From NCBI GenBank assembly GCA_038064475.1, contig JBBTTA010000001.1, forward strand, positions 111,086 through 175,085: a stretch of 64,000 nt of DNA, written 5' to 3'. The notes under the pieces were generated by a model. That model was given only the letters and a program-made list of their open reading frames with translations. It had not been told where the DNA came from and did no database searches. Each line of letters starts with the position of its first letter. Positions within the stretch are counted from its first letter, which is position 1. The position numbers were made by a program, and so were the translations under genes. Source of the stretch: Patescibacteria group bacterium. GTDB taxonomy: Bacteria; Patescibacteriota; Minisyncoccia; Phycocordibacterales; EsbW-18. This document shows positions 1-9,121 of this stretch, piece by piece.

Positions 1-293
1 CGATTACACATCACATCTGGATTTGGTGTGCGACCGTGTTTATATTCTTCAATCATATAGTCGGCGACATCACGTTTGTACGCTTCTTCAAGATCAAGAG
101 TTTCAAAAGGTATGTTGAGTTTCGCACACACCGCCATCGCATCCGCTCGGTCTTCGCGCCATGTGCACGTCAAAAATTCAGGGTGCCATGTTTTGATGAA
201 TACACCCGTTACATCGTGCCCACCATCCTTGAGAAGTGCGGCAGATACAGAGCTATCCACGCCTCCTGACATACCGACATATACTTTTGCCAT
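1..293 (-). CDS. mnmA: tRNA 2-thiouridylase MnmA (5' part, runs off the window start)
   Basis: Manual translation, not in the ORF track: MAKVYVGMSGGVDSSVSAALL...GRTPNPDVMCNR, with the SGGVDS PP-loop and TPNPD..CN motifs. Confidence 0.95.
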   Translation of the reverse strand, partial: MAKVYVGMSGGVDSSVSAALLKDGGHDVTGVFIKTWHPEFLTCTWREDRADAMAVCAKLNIPFETLDLEEAYKRDVADYMIEEYKHGRTPNPDVMCN

Positions 294-316
294 ATCGCCA
301 CAAGTATACGCATGAA

Positions 317-345
317 TTGACGAAATTCAAGAAAAAATGTATTGT
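317..345 (+). promoter_or_regulatory. sigma70-type promoter for a putative sRNA
   Basis: TTGACG(317-322)-17 nt-TATTGT(340-345). Confidence 0.55.
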
Positions 346-351
346 ATTTTT

Positions 352-431
352 GTTGGTTCCGACCAACACCCTCCAACATTTGCCTCGACAAGGTGTCCCC
401 TGGACAAGGCCCTTGTCTGAGGCTTTTTTTT
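352..431 (+). ncRNA. putative ~80-nt small RNA
   Basis: 5' hairpin GTTGGT-TCCG-ACCAAC, single-stranded ACCCTCCAACATTT, then a GCCTC-GACAAGG/CCTTGTC-T-GAGGC stem and T8. Confidence 0.45.
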
Positions 432-457
432 AAGAAAGAAAGATATACTAGAGCTAC

Positions 458-976
458 ATGGTTGATATCGTACAAAAAGAAAATCACACACTTCGGGGTA
501 AGGCCGGACCTGTTGCACAGGCTGATTTTGGAAGTGAAAAACTTCATGAAATCATTGCGCGCATGTCTGATGCACTCTCTGGAGAAAATGACGGTGTTGC
601 GATTGCCGCACCCCAAATTGGCATTCCTCTCCGTATTTTTGTTATATCAGGGAAAGTACTTCGCAAAAAAAGAGACGGCTCACTAGCATCGGACCGTGTT
701 TTCATTAATCCAGAAATCGTAAACACTGCGCAGAAAAAAGAATGGATGGAAGAAGGATGTCTTTCTGTCCGCTGGCAATATGGTGAGGTCGAGCGTTTTA
801 TAAAAGCTACGGTGCGCGCACACGACGTGAACGGCAAAGCATTCACACTCGGCGGCGGCCGTCTCCTCTCACATATTTTTCAACACGAAATTGATCATCT
901 CAACGGCATTTTGTTTATCGACAAAGCACGCAACGTAAAAGAAATGCATCCTAACAAACCTCATTATGGATATTAA
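458..976 (+). CDS. def: peptide deformylase
   Basis: GVAIAAPQIG, EGCLS and QHEIDHLNG motifs. Confidence 0.97.
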   Translation: MVDIVQKENHTLRGKAGPVAQADFGSEKLHEIIARMSDALSGENDGVAIAAPQIGIPLRIFVISGKVLRKKRDGSLASDRVFINPEIVNTAQKKEWMEEGCLSVRWQYGEVERFIKATVRAHDVNGKAFTLGGGRLLSHIFQHEIDHLNGILFIDKARNVKEMHPNKPHYGY

Positions 977-1850
977 ATTTGTTTTTTGGGGAACGCCTGA
1001 TATTGCTGTTGCATCGCTCGAGGCCCTTGAAACACATGGACTGCTTCCCCGTCTCATTGTGACGGCTCCTGACAGAAAAGTTGGTCGCGGACTTGAACTT
1101 ACCCCAACAGACGTAAAGGTTTGGGCGAATGAGCGAAATATTCCTGTACTTTCACCCGAGAAACTTTCTGACCATACATTTATGGAAGCGCTCTCCCCCA
1201 CTTCGTACAGCATTTCTGAATGGGATGTCTTTGTTGTTGTTGCGTATGGAAAAATTCTCCCACACACAATTCTTTCACTTCCTCGTTTAGGAACAATAAA
1301 CATGCACCCATCTCTCTTGCCGCGCCATCGTGGTCCTGCTCCCGTTGAATCACAAATTCTTTTTGAGGGTACAAAAGATGGTGTAGGTATTTCTATCATA
1401 CTTCTCGACAAAGAAATGGACCACGGTCCCATTCTTGCTCATGCATCGGTCGGTGGTGCACTTTTATCATGGCCTATTGGAGCAGTTGAGCTTCGTGCAC
1501 TTTTAGGAGAAGCGGGCGGCACGCTCCTTTCAACTACGCTCCCAGAATTTGTACAAGGAAATATTACGCCAATTCCCCAAGACCACACACAAGCAACATT
1601 TTGCAAAAAAATAGAGAAAGAAGCTGGTTTGATTACTCTCACCGACGATCCATTCACTAATTTCAAAAAGATTTGTGCGTACGAGATTTGGCCACGTGCC
1701 TACTTCTTTGCAGAAAAGCACGGAAAACAAATTCGCGTTGTTATAACCAAAGCCTCATACGAAAATAACATCCTCACAATTGAGAGTGTTATTCCCGAAG
1801 GACGAAAAGAAATGACTTGGGACGAATTTCAACGCTATCTTGTATCTTAA
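966..1850 (+). CDS. fmt: methionyl-tRNA formyltransferase
   Basis: FWGTPD, NMHPSLLPRHRGPAP and MDHGPI motifs; overlaps def. Confidence 0.96.
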   Translation: MDIKFVFWGTPDIAVASLEALETHGLLPRLIVTAPDRKVGRGLELTPTDVKVWANERNIPVLSPEKLSDHTFMEALSPTSYSISEWDVFVVVAYGKILPHTILSLPRLGTINMHPSLLPRHRGPAPVESQILFEGTKDGVGISIILLDKEMDHGPILAHASVGGALLSWPIGAVELRALLGEAGGTLLSTTLPEFVQGNITPIPQDHTQATFCKKIEKEAGLITLTDDPFTNFKKICAYEIWPRAYFFAEKHGKQIRVVITKASYENNILTIESVIPEGRKEMTWDEFQRYLVS

Positions 1851-1965
1851 ACACATTTGAAATTCCAGATACAAGGCGTGGGCGAGGACCAAACCGAGCA
1901 ATAGTTTTTCTATTGTGAGGGAGGATTGGAGCCCACAACACAGTAGGTGGATTTTCAAATGCGTT
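1850..1965. mobile_element. MITE-like structured repeat, copy 1
   Basis: Imperfect terminal inverted repeats (AACACATTTGAAATTCCA/TGGATTTTCAAATGCGTT), TA-flanked, core shared with 20766-20885. Confidence 0.65.
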
Positions 1966-2621
1966 TAACGAACAATCTCAACGCTCGTGATAACAACATC
2001 TTCAACTGGTCGGTCACCTGTCGCAGTTTCGGTTGTTGCGATTGCATCAACAATTTCCATTCCGGAAATCACTTTTCCAAATACAGGATGCGAGCTTCCC
2101 ATTGGTGGCTTGTCAAAATCGAGTCCGGTATTATCAACAACGCTGATAAAGAACTGGCTACCACCTGAGTTTTTCTGACCTGTGTTTGCCATTGCTATCG
2201 TGCCGCGCACATTTGAATATCCTTCAACAAATTCGTCTTCAATCGTGTAGCCCGGACCACCCGTGCCCCAACGCATTGTTTGTGTTGCGTCTTTCGTCAA
2301 AGGATCCCCTCCTTGAATCATGAACCCTGCAATCACACGATGAAAACGCGTGTTGTCGTAAAAACCATCTCCTGCAAGTTTTATAAAATTACCTGTCGTA
2401 ATTGGCATGGCGTCGGAAAACAATTCAAACGTGAAGTCTCCACGATTTGTGTGAAAAATTGCTTGTGTCGCGCCTGCTGTTTTTGTTGTATCAGACGACG
2501 TTCCAATTTGTGGTTCATCTGCAATTGGTAATGAATTCATATCGGGAATACTTGAAATAATAAAGTATGCAACAAGTGCAACAATACTTAGCTTAACGAG
2601 TGACCAAAGAGCATTTCGCAT
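1965..2621 (-). CDS. cyclophilin-type peptidyl-prolyl isomerase with N-terminal membrane anchor
   Basis: FHRVIAGFMIQGGDP, MANTG..SGGSQFFI and HPVFGKV motifs. Confidence 0.95.
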   Translation of the reverse strand: MRNALWSLVKLSIVALVAYFIISSIPDMNSLPIADEPQIGTSSDTTKTAGATQAIFHTNRGDFTFELFSDAMPITTGNFIKLAGDGFYDNTRFHRVIAGFMIQGGDPLTKDATQTMRWGTGGPGYTIEDEFVEGYSNVRGTIAMANTGQKNSGGSQFFISVVDNTGLDFDKPPMGSSHPVFGKVISGMEIVDAIATTETATGDRPVEDVVITSVEIVR

Positions 2622-2622
2622 A

Positions 2623-3000
2623 TTAGTTTTCTCCGAGTCCCATGGAACGAAGTATATTTTTCATAAAACGACCCCCCTTGCGCAACAAATGTGTTTTCTT
2701 GCTCTTTGTTCGCTGAAGTTCATCAACAAGACTGTCCTTTGCCGCATCGATTGCAGCATACAGGTCATCCTTCTCTGCAACTGCTCGGAGCGCCCCGTCT
2801 GCAGTCGTCAAATTCATCTCTGCCCTAAAAATATCTCCTGAGTGATGGTGCTGTGTTGTCTGTCCCAACTCGACTTGTACAAACGGATCTGCATCGCGAG
2901 GACCGAGGAACCGTTCGATCATACGCACTTTTTCTTCTGCATATGAACGAATTGCCGGTGTCAATTGCATGTGCACCGTCTTGATGTTGATGGTAAGCAT
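2623..3000 (-). CDS. hpf: ribosome hibernation factor HPF/RaiA
   Basis: INIKT.HMQLTPAIRSYAEEK...DDLYAAID pattern. Confidence 0.9.
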   Translation of the reverse strand: MLTINIKTVHMQLTPAIRSYAEEKVRMIERFLGPRDADPFVQVELGQTTQHHHSGDIFRAEMNLTTADGALRAVAEKDDLYAAIDAAKDSLVDELQRTKSKKTHLLRKGGRFMKNILRSMGLGEN

Positions 3001-3059
3001 GGAAAACGTAGAACTAGAATAATAAATGCCTGTTACTTTCTCTATAGTACTACTTTTTC

Positions 3060-3959
3060 CTATCGGTCAAAAATACTTACAAGATACGTATCAATATCCC
3101 GCTGGTCCATGTCATAGAAGTACTCTTTTTCACGATGGAGGTCTTTTGCGAGATCGAGACCGACAAAACGCCAATGCCATGGTTCGAATTGGTAGTAGGT
3201 ATTGTTTTCAGGATACGAAAGAACAAATCCGTATTTGTATGCGTTTGCGAGAAGCCACGTATATGCTGGTGTAACATTGAATCCATCAAGCGCGCCGTTT
3301 GTTGCGACCGTTGAAAAATCCACCGTCGTGCCGAGTTGATGTTCTGAATATCCTTGATCTGCAGAAAATTGATTCGCCGTACCCGCACCATAGACGACAC
3401 TGTAGCTCGATTTGAGTGTTGTCTGTTCTCCAAATGAACGGAATGCGGAAATGATGCGAAGATCCACGTTATCGTTATCTGCTTCTTCCATGAGGTCTTC
3501 CAAAAAAGGCCATACTTTTGAGTGAATGTTTTCTGCCTCAACTTCTGGATATCTATATTGTTTTTCTATTTCTTTGAACGATGGCGGTGAGTAGTGTTCA
3601 TTCAAAAAGTACACTTTGGAGTATTTCTGCAATAGTTCAGGATCAGTTTTACTCAATTTTTCGAGCATACCAACCGTGTCAGCAATATCATCAATTTGGT
3701 CCTCCAAATCCTCGTTCTTTTTTTGTTCAGAGTAAAGAGCCTCAGACAATGTTTTATTTTCCAACTCTTTTTCTCCAAGTTTTGTTGAGAGATCCCCTAC
3801 CTCTGTCGTATATTTTTCATTCGCTGTGGCAAGTTTTGTCTGTGCTCTCCACCAGCCCAATGCAAGTCCCGCGCACAACACAAAGCCAATAAGAGCGTAT
3901 ATGTAGACTGACTGGGCTTTCTCTCTGGTATCGCTGTGATGCTCTGTATGTGTATTCAT
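3060..3959 (-). CDS. M15B (VanY-like) D,D-carboxypeptidase with TM anchor and coiled-coil stalk
   Basis: SAFRS..EQ, SEHQLGTTVD and EPWHWRFVG motifs; start moved to MNTHTEHH. Confidence 0.88.
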   Translation of the reverse strand: MNTHTEHHSDTREKAQSVYIYALIGFVLCAGLALGWWRAQTKLATANEKYTTEVGDLSTKLGEKELENKTLSEALYSEQKKNEDLEDQIDDIADTVGMLEKLSKTDPELLQKYSKVYFLNEHYSPPSFKEIEKQYRYPEVEAENIHSKVWPFLEDLMEEADNDNVDLRIISAFRSFGEQTTLKSSYSVVYGAGTANQFSADQGYSEHQLGTTVDFSTVATNGALDGFNVTPAYTWLLANAYKYGFVLSYPENNTYYQFEPWHWRFVGLDLAKDLHREKEYFYDMDQRDIDTYLVSIFDR

Positions 3960-4022
3960 ATCTTCATGAAATTTTTCAGCCAATAAAGATAGTGTATCAG
4001 GTATACTACTACCAATACACCT

Positions 4023-5216
4023 ATGCAAAAAGTACACCATTTTGGTTTCAGTTTCCTCTGTATTCTAGGGCTTGTTCTAGCGCCCTTCTTTGCGCATGCA
4101 GATATTCCAGATTTAGAGGTAACAGGTTGGATTCCCTACTGGACCGTCACTTCAGGAACGCGAGATGCGGCTCAACACCTTGAAACACTCACCGAAATCC
4201 ATCCGTTTGCCTACGTTATTAAGTCAGACGGCACGCTAAGTGACCTCGCAGATTTGGATAAACGCATATGGAAGCGTCTTTTCACAAAAGCGCGTCATGA
4301 GGATGTGTTGATTATTCCGACCGTCACCACAAGCAACGGCCCTTTGGTGCATAGCATTTTGACTAATGCACGACGTATGAAAGATCACGTCGAAGAAATT
4401 GTTGATATGGTTGAAGATGGCCGCTACGATGGTGTTGATATTAACTATGAAGGGAAATTAGCTGACACAAATCTTTTCTTTGCACTGTTCTTGCGTGAAC
4501 TCAAAAAAGAATTGGGATCAAAAATGCTTTCCTGCGCAATTGAATCACGCACGCCGCCTGAATCTCTCTACCGAGTTGTTCCTGATACAATCGAGTACGC
4601 AAACAACCTCCCCGCTATCGGTTTGTACTGTGACCGCGTGCAAATCATGACGTATGATCAACAACGCGCTGATCTTTTGTTAAACGATATGCGTAAGGGC
4701 GCGCCATACATTCCTGTATCTGACCCTGCATGGGTACGTAAGGTAGTTGACTACATGGCGCTCTCAATTCCTCGCGACAAAATGATGTTGGGTATTCCTA
4801 CCTACGGACATGAATTTGAAGTCATTACGATTCCTGATCAATTTTTGGAATACAATAAGGTCGGTTCACGAAATCCGGACACCGCACTCGATAAAGCAGA
4901 CGATAAAGATGTGGAGCCATCACGAAACAGCGCGGGTGAATTAAGTTTTTCGTACCTTCCTGACTTCATTGAGGACGATTTGCCACGAAATCTTCGTATT
5001 CCTGCAAACACCCCCGAAGGGAATAAAGCCGCCGCACAAGCACTCGCCTACGCCGGTATGACAGGACAAGCCGTTCCGGTCTATGTGGTGTGGTGGAGCG
5101 ATGCAGAAGCAATCGAAGATAAAGTTGAGCTCGCCGATGAGTTGGGGTTACGCGGTGTTGCAATATTTAAGATTGATGGGCATGAGGACGAAGATATGTG
5201 GAATATTTTTGAATAA
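4023..5216 (+). CDS. secreted GH18-family glycoside hydrolase (YaaH/SleL-like)
   Basis: Signal peptide, DGVDINYE (DxxDxNxE), IMTYD, LGIPTYG and GLRGVAIF motifs. Confidence 0.82.
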   Translation: MQKVHHFGFSFLCILGLVLAPFFAHADIPDLEVTGWIPYWTVTSGTRDAAQHLETLTEIHPFAYVIKSDGTLSDLADLDKRIWKRLFTKARHEDVLIIPTVTTSNGPLVHSILTNARRMKDHVEEIVDMVEDGRYDGVDINYEGKLADTNLFFALFLRELKKELGSKMLSCAIESRTPPESLYRVVPDTIEYANNLPAIGLYCDRVQIMTYDQQRADLLLNDMRKGAPYIPVSDPAWVRKVVDYMALSIPRDKMMLGIPTYGHEFEVITIPDQFLEYNKVGSRNPDTALDKADDKDVEPSRNSAGELSFSYLPDFIEDDLPRNLRIPANTPEGNKAAAQALAYAGMTGQAVPVYVVWWSDAEAIEDKVELADELGLRGVAIFKIDGHEDEDMWNIFE

Positions 5217-5254
5217 GAAAAAGCCCCGTATGGACATGTGGCCCACACAGAGCT

Positions 5255-5857
5255 TCAATTGACATGCATCTTTTTGCCGAACTTCTCAACGAAGTGGCAC
5301 ATCTGACCGGTGTACGCAAAGCAGAGCATGATTGTGTGATAAACGATGTTAATCGTCCACCACTTAAATCGCGATCTCTGCCACGGACTCGGATGATTCT
5401 CGTTCCAGAGCGCACGGAAAGTCAAAAGATCAATCGTCGCATCTGGGTAAAAGTACTTGAGAAGCCTTCGATATCGCCGCGCATGCGGCCCGTCGCAAAT
5501 GAGAAGAATGCTCTTCACATCCGGACGCACCTTGTGAATTTCTGTCACCTCCTGAATCGTATTGTTTGAGGTAACTGAGACCACACGCTTCGATGAAACA
5601 CCAAAGAAGTGCAGGTGCTTGAGCTTCGCTTTGTGCAATACATCCGCTCCGGGACCCAGATGCTCAGTGTTACCCCACGCAACCTCTTGCAATACTTCTT
5701 GATCTAAGAGGTATGCAGCGAAGGCAACACCTTGGCCTGTTGCACTGGGCAAGACCTTTTCGTGGTCATTGAGACCAGCGTATTCGGCAACAATACCGAG
5801 TTCATACGCGCCAACTTCTTTTCGTACTGTGTTACGAGGAACATAAGGATTCCGCAC
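5255..5857 (-). CDS. hypothetical protein, probably DUF218/YdcF(ElyC/SanA)-like
   Basis: SNNTIQEV and ILLICDGPHARR resemble the YdcF motifs; strong SD AGGAGGTG before a GTG start. Confidence 0.55.
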   Translation of the reverse strand: MRNPYVPRNTVRKEVGAYELGIVAEYAGLNDHEKVLPSATGQGVAFAAYLLDQEVLQEVAWGNTEHLGPGADVLHKAKLKHLHFFGVSSKRVVSVTSNNTIQEVTEIHKVRPDVKSILLICDGPHARRYRRLLKYFYPDATIDLLTFRALWNENHPSPWQRSRFKWWTINIVYHTIMLCFAYTGQMCHFVEKFGKKMHVN

Positions 5858-5923
5858 TTTTTACCACCTCCTTTTCTGAGAGGATTATATCACAAGAAGC
5901 CAGAGAAGTCAATAAGCACCCTT

Positions 5924-6790
5924 TCAGAGCGAATACTGTTTGAAGAGCGCTAACATACCACGAAGGTTTTTATCCCATTCAATCGTTTCGTGCGTTGAAA
6001 GCTCTACCGTAATTGCAGGAATATTAATTGAAGCAAGCCACCCTTCGGCGTCCCCTGTCACTTCATAACTATCAAATACATCGACTGTTTGATACCCAGC
6101 GGCAGTTGCGTATGAGGTCATGAGTGTGCGCGTCTCGGGTAAAATACCCATTTCACACTCTGATGCATACACGGCATTTGCTTGGCTGTGCCAGAACACA
6201 AAAGCATCGGGGCTTTGTGCGGTCACAAAATCACGAATCGCTCGAGTTTCAGGTTCAGAGAATGCAGACGTGCCCGCAGACACGACGTTCCCGCGCCATG
6301 TACTTTCTGGTTTCCATTTACAATCAAAGTTGCGGTTGAGGTCAACGTTGTTTGCATTGAAACGTCCAAGAGAATCATCTCCCCCAAGCGAAACGTCAGC
6401 GAGTGTGAAGCGTCCTTCCTTCCCTATGATTTTAAATACGCCGTCAGGATTTGCTGAAGGGATAATCGTTACCATGAGTGCGTCAGGAATTACTTCAGGA
6501 TGAAGTGTTAAGTAATCCATCGCTTCATACGCAAGCAAAACGCTATTCCATTCATATCCGCCGTGAATGCCTCCAACAAATACGAGATGGTTTTCACCGT
6601 CACCAAATGTTATCGCCTCAATAGGACGACCAAGGACCGAAGTACCAATCGTCGCACGCGTAACAACAGGTGTTTCCTCTACAGGCGGAACAACTTCAGG
6701 AACTTTGTCGCGCAGGAAAAAAACAAGGAGACCAATGAGCACTCCAAGAAGGAGAATGCCTCCGACAATCTTTTTACCGATGGGTCGCAT
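5924..6790 (-). CDS. membrane-anchored M14 zinc carboxypeptidase (MpaA-like), catalytic residues intact
   Basis: HGGYE, NPDG, DLNRNF, FWHS and ITVEL motifs. Confidence 0.85.
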   Translation of the reverse strand: MRPIGKKIVGGILLLGVLIGLLVFFLRDKVPEVVPPVEETPVVTRATIGTSVLGRPIEAITFGDGENHLVFVGGIHGGYEWNSVLLAYEAMDYLTLHPEVIPDALMVTIIPSANPDGVFKIIGKEGRFTLADVSLGGDDSLGRFNANNVDLNRNFDCKWKPESTWRGNVVSAGTSAFSEPETRAIRDFVTAQSPDAFVFWHSQANAVYASECEMGILPETRTLMTSYATAAGYQTVDVFDSYEVTGDAEGWLASINIPAITVELSTHETIEWDKNLRGMLALFKQYSL

Positions 6791-7677
6791 TATTCTTGGC
6801 TGGCAACGTATTCAATAACTGCGTCAGCACCCTTCCAGTTCTTTTCCCACTCTGTTGTGTCGTGTGTTGTAAGGAGAACGCTGATTGCTGGAATGCTTTC
6901 TTTCGCAAGCCAGTTCACCATGTCACCTGTAATGTCGTAAAAATCAAACTCTTCGTATGCGGGATACCCTGATGCCTTTGCGTAGAGGTTCGTCAATTCA
7001 AGTGTCTCTTCAGATACACCACCGTGACAGTTTGAAGCAAAGACTCCACCCGCTGAGCTGTAGAACACAACCACTGCGTCTGGGTCATTTTTCTCAATGT
7101 AGGCCTTCATTGCTTGGCTTTCTCGTTCAGAGAAGGCTCCTGTACCGCCGCTTACTGGAGTTTGCTGCCATACACCTGTTGCTTGCCAATCACAATCAAA
7201 GTTGCGATTGAGGTCAACATCGTTTGCGTTGAAGCGTCCAGGAATTGTTTCGCTCTTTGCAGTTGGCACGTCTTCTTTAGTGAATCGTCCTGATGTACCC
7301 ACAACTTCTTCCAAACCATCTGGGTTCAATACAGGAATAACTGATACCGTCACACCATCTGCAATCTCATCTGGATTTGCTTCCAAGAAATCAATAAGTT
7401 CGTATGAAAGCAATACTGTGTTCCATTCATAACCACCGTGAATACCTCCGACAAACAAAACCTCTTTATCTCCTTCACCAAAGTGATAGATAGGAATCTC
7501 ACGACCCTTAATTGATATACCAATAGATGTTTCTTCGAGAGCAACAGGAGTCGTTGTTGCATTCGTTGTTGTTGCTGTCTCTGGTGTCTCTGTAGTCTCC
7601 GGCTTACGTGTTGTAATCACCCAAATACCGAGCCCAATTAGAATAATGACAATAAGTGCTATAATGAATTTTTTCAT
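6790..7677 (-). CDS. membrane-anchored M14 paralog, likely inactive
   Basis: HGGYE and DLNRNF kept, but FWHS becomes FYSS and TVEL becomes SVLL. Confidence 0.8.
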   Translation of the reverse strand: MKKFIIALIVIILIGLGIWVITTRKPETTETPETATTTNATTTPVALEETSIGISIKGREIPIYHFGEGDKEVLFVGGIHGGYEWNTVLLSYELIDFLEANPDEIADGVTVSVIPVLNPDGLEEVVGTSGRFTKEDVPTAKSETIPGRFNANDVDLNRNFDCDWQATGVWQQTPVSGGTGAFSERESQAMKAYIEKNDPDAVVVFYSSAGGVFASNCHGGVSEETLELTNLYAKASGYPAYEEFDFYDITGDMVNWLAKESIPAISVLLTTHDTTEWEKNWKGADAVIEYVASQE

Positions 7678-7720
7678 GGAACTATTTTAGCATACTGGCT
7701 GTATTGTCAATTGGATACAC

Positions 7721-7746
7721 AAAAGGCCGCTTCCGCGGCCTTTTTT
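7721..7746. terminator. intrinsic terminator
   Basis: AAAAGGCCGC-TTCC-GCGGCCTTTTTT. Confidence 0.75.
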
Positions 7747-8265
7747 CTAGTTGAATTTTATCGTTTGTGCGATATCGTCGATAAGTGAATCGAGGTTAAG
7801 ATCTTTTCGTTCCGCCTCACAAAGCTCTTGTTCCTTTTCATTCAAGTCATTGCACTGCAGAGATCGTGTACTGAATGCAAGTGCCACAGTTCGGTCATCC
7901 TTCACAAATACATACGCGTACTGTGTGTAAATATTTCCATCTCCACTATTTTTTATTTCAGTCACACAATACGTGTGTCCATCAATAGTGCGTTCTTCCG
8001 TTTCGCCTGCGCGCGCAATTTCAGTTCCCGCAGTGGTACAGAGATATGGCGCGTCAGAAATAATAATTTTTGGTGGCCAATCGTACGTAAACGTGTATTC
8101 AGCTCCAATTCGTCGTGGAAAGTTGAAATGAAATCCTTCTCCTTGTGTTGAATCCCATGAACCCAATACACCGATTTCATCGGCAAGACGTGACTTTATG
8201 ACTGCCGTTAGAACGGCTGCAAGGACGACAATGACAAGCGCCCCGATAATGATTTTCTCTTTCAT
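7747..8265 (-). CDS. membrane-anchored hypothetical protein with four Cys
   Basis: N-terminal TM segment, clean ORF, -10-like hexamer just upstream. Confidence 0.75.
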   Translation of the reverse strand: MKEKIIIGALVIVVLAAVLTAVIKSRLADEIGVLGSWDSTQGEGFHFNFPRRIGAEYTFTYDWPPKIIISDAPYLCTTAGTEIARAGETEERTIDGHTYCVTEIKNSGDGNIYTQYAYVFVKDDRTVALAFSTRSLQCNDLNEKEQELCEAERKDLNLDSLIDDIAQTIKFN

Positions 8266-8383
8266 ATATGTACCCTAGCACAAATAGCCGGTTAGGCATC
8301 ATTTACTCAAAAAATGGTACGAGAGGAAAAGAGACGTGGACGGCCCAGAAAAGGTGCCTGACCCCATTTACCTAGTTTACAAA

Positions 8384-8953
8384 TTAAAAGTTTCTTATAA
8401 TCGATTCACAAATATCTGCTGCTGTTTTTGCCCAATGTTCACTTATTTCTCCATTTCCCTCCGATAGTTCCTTGTGTAAATGCACATAGTTCCTTAAATC
8501 TCTGATGATGTGAATTTTATGATTTTCCATGTCGGAAAGATAGCCATTTTTGTGTGCAATCTCAAGAGCATCATTAAAGTTTTTTGCTTTTGGATATTTT
8601 TCAATTAATATAGCTTCAATAATCGAACCATATAAAATGATGGATGGTTTCCATAAGGAATTTTTTAGGCAAATTTTTGCAGATTTATAGTCTCTCTGAA
8701 GCAAGGGCTGTAGTCTTTTGCTGTTAATAAAGTCGAAGGTTCGCTCTGCAACTTTTTTTCTCATTGTTGGATCTTTTTCAAATAGATCCTTCGCACGATT
8801 ACTCATCATTTGTCGATATTCATCAGACACTAGCTTTGCTCTTGGAAATCGTTTTTGGTATTCAAGTGAAGACAGTTTGTGTTTTCTGTTTATATGAGTT
8901 GCGAGGCCTGAAGAAAATGTTTCTCCACAAATTTTACATTTTACTCTTTCCAT
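8384..8953 (-). CDS. C2H2-like Zn finger fused to a HEPN/DUF4145-like helical domain
   Basis: CKIC...HINRKH at the N-terminus; GSIIEAIL and RDLRNYVH at the C-terminus; AT-richer than neighbours. Confidence 0.6.
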   Translation of the reverse strand: MERVKCKICGETFSSGLATHINRKHKLSSLEYQKRFPRAKLVSDEYRQMMSNRAKDLFEKDPTMRKKVAERTFDFINSKRLQPLLQRDYKSAKICLKNSLWKPSIILYGSIIEAILIEKYPKAKNFNDALEIAHKNGYLSDMENHKIHIIRDLRNYVHLHKELSEGNGEISEHWAKTAADICESIIRNF

Positions 8954-9011
8954 AGTTTTATATTGTTGCGGGACACTGGATTTTTGAATCCTCTCTTTGT
9001 ATTGACCGGTA

Positions 9012-9117
9012 AAGTGAGCATATCACAGGTATATGACTCGCGCAGTGCGACGGCACGAGCGGGAGTGCCGTTCTAGCAAGAACGGACACGTGTCATATGC
9101 CGGTGAGTATGCGAACG
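9012..9117. repeat. IR-bounded element with GTGCGACGGCAC core
   Basis: Long imperfect IR enclosing GTGC-GACG-GCAC and CCGTTCT-AGCA-AGAACGG; same architecture as 58166-58266. Confidence 0.6.
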
Positions 9118-9121
9118 AATG

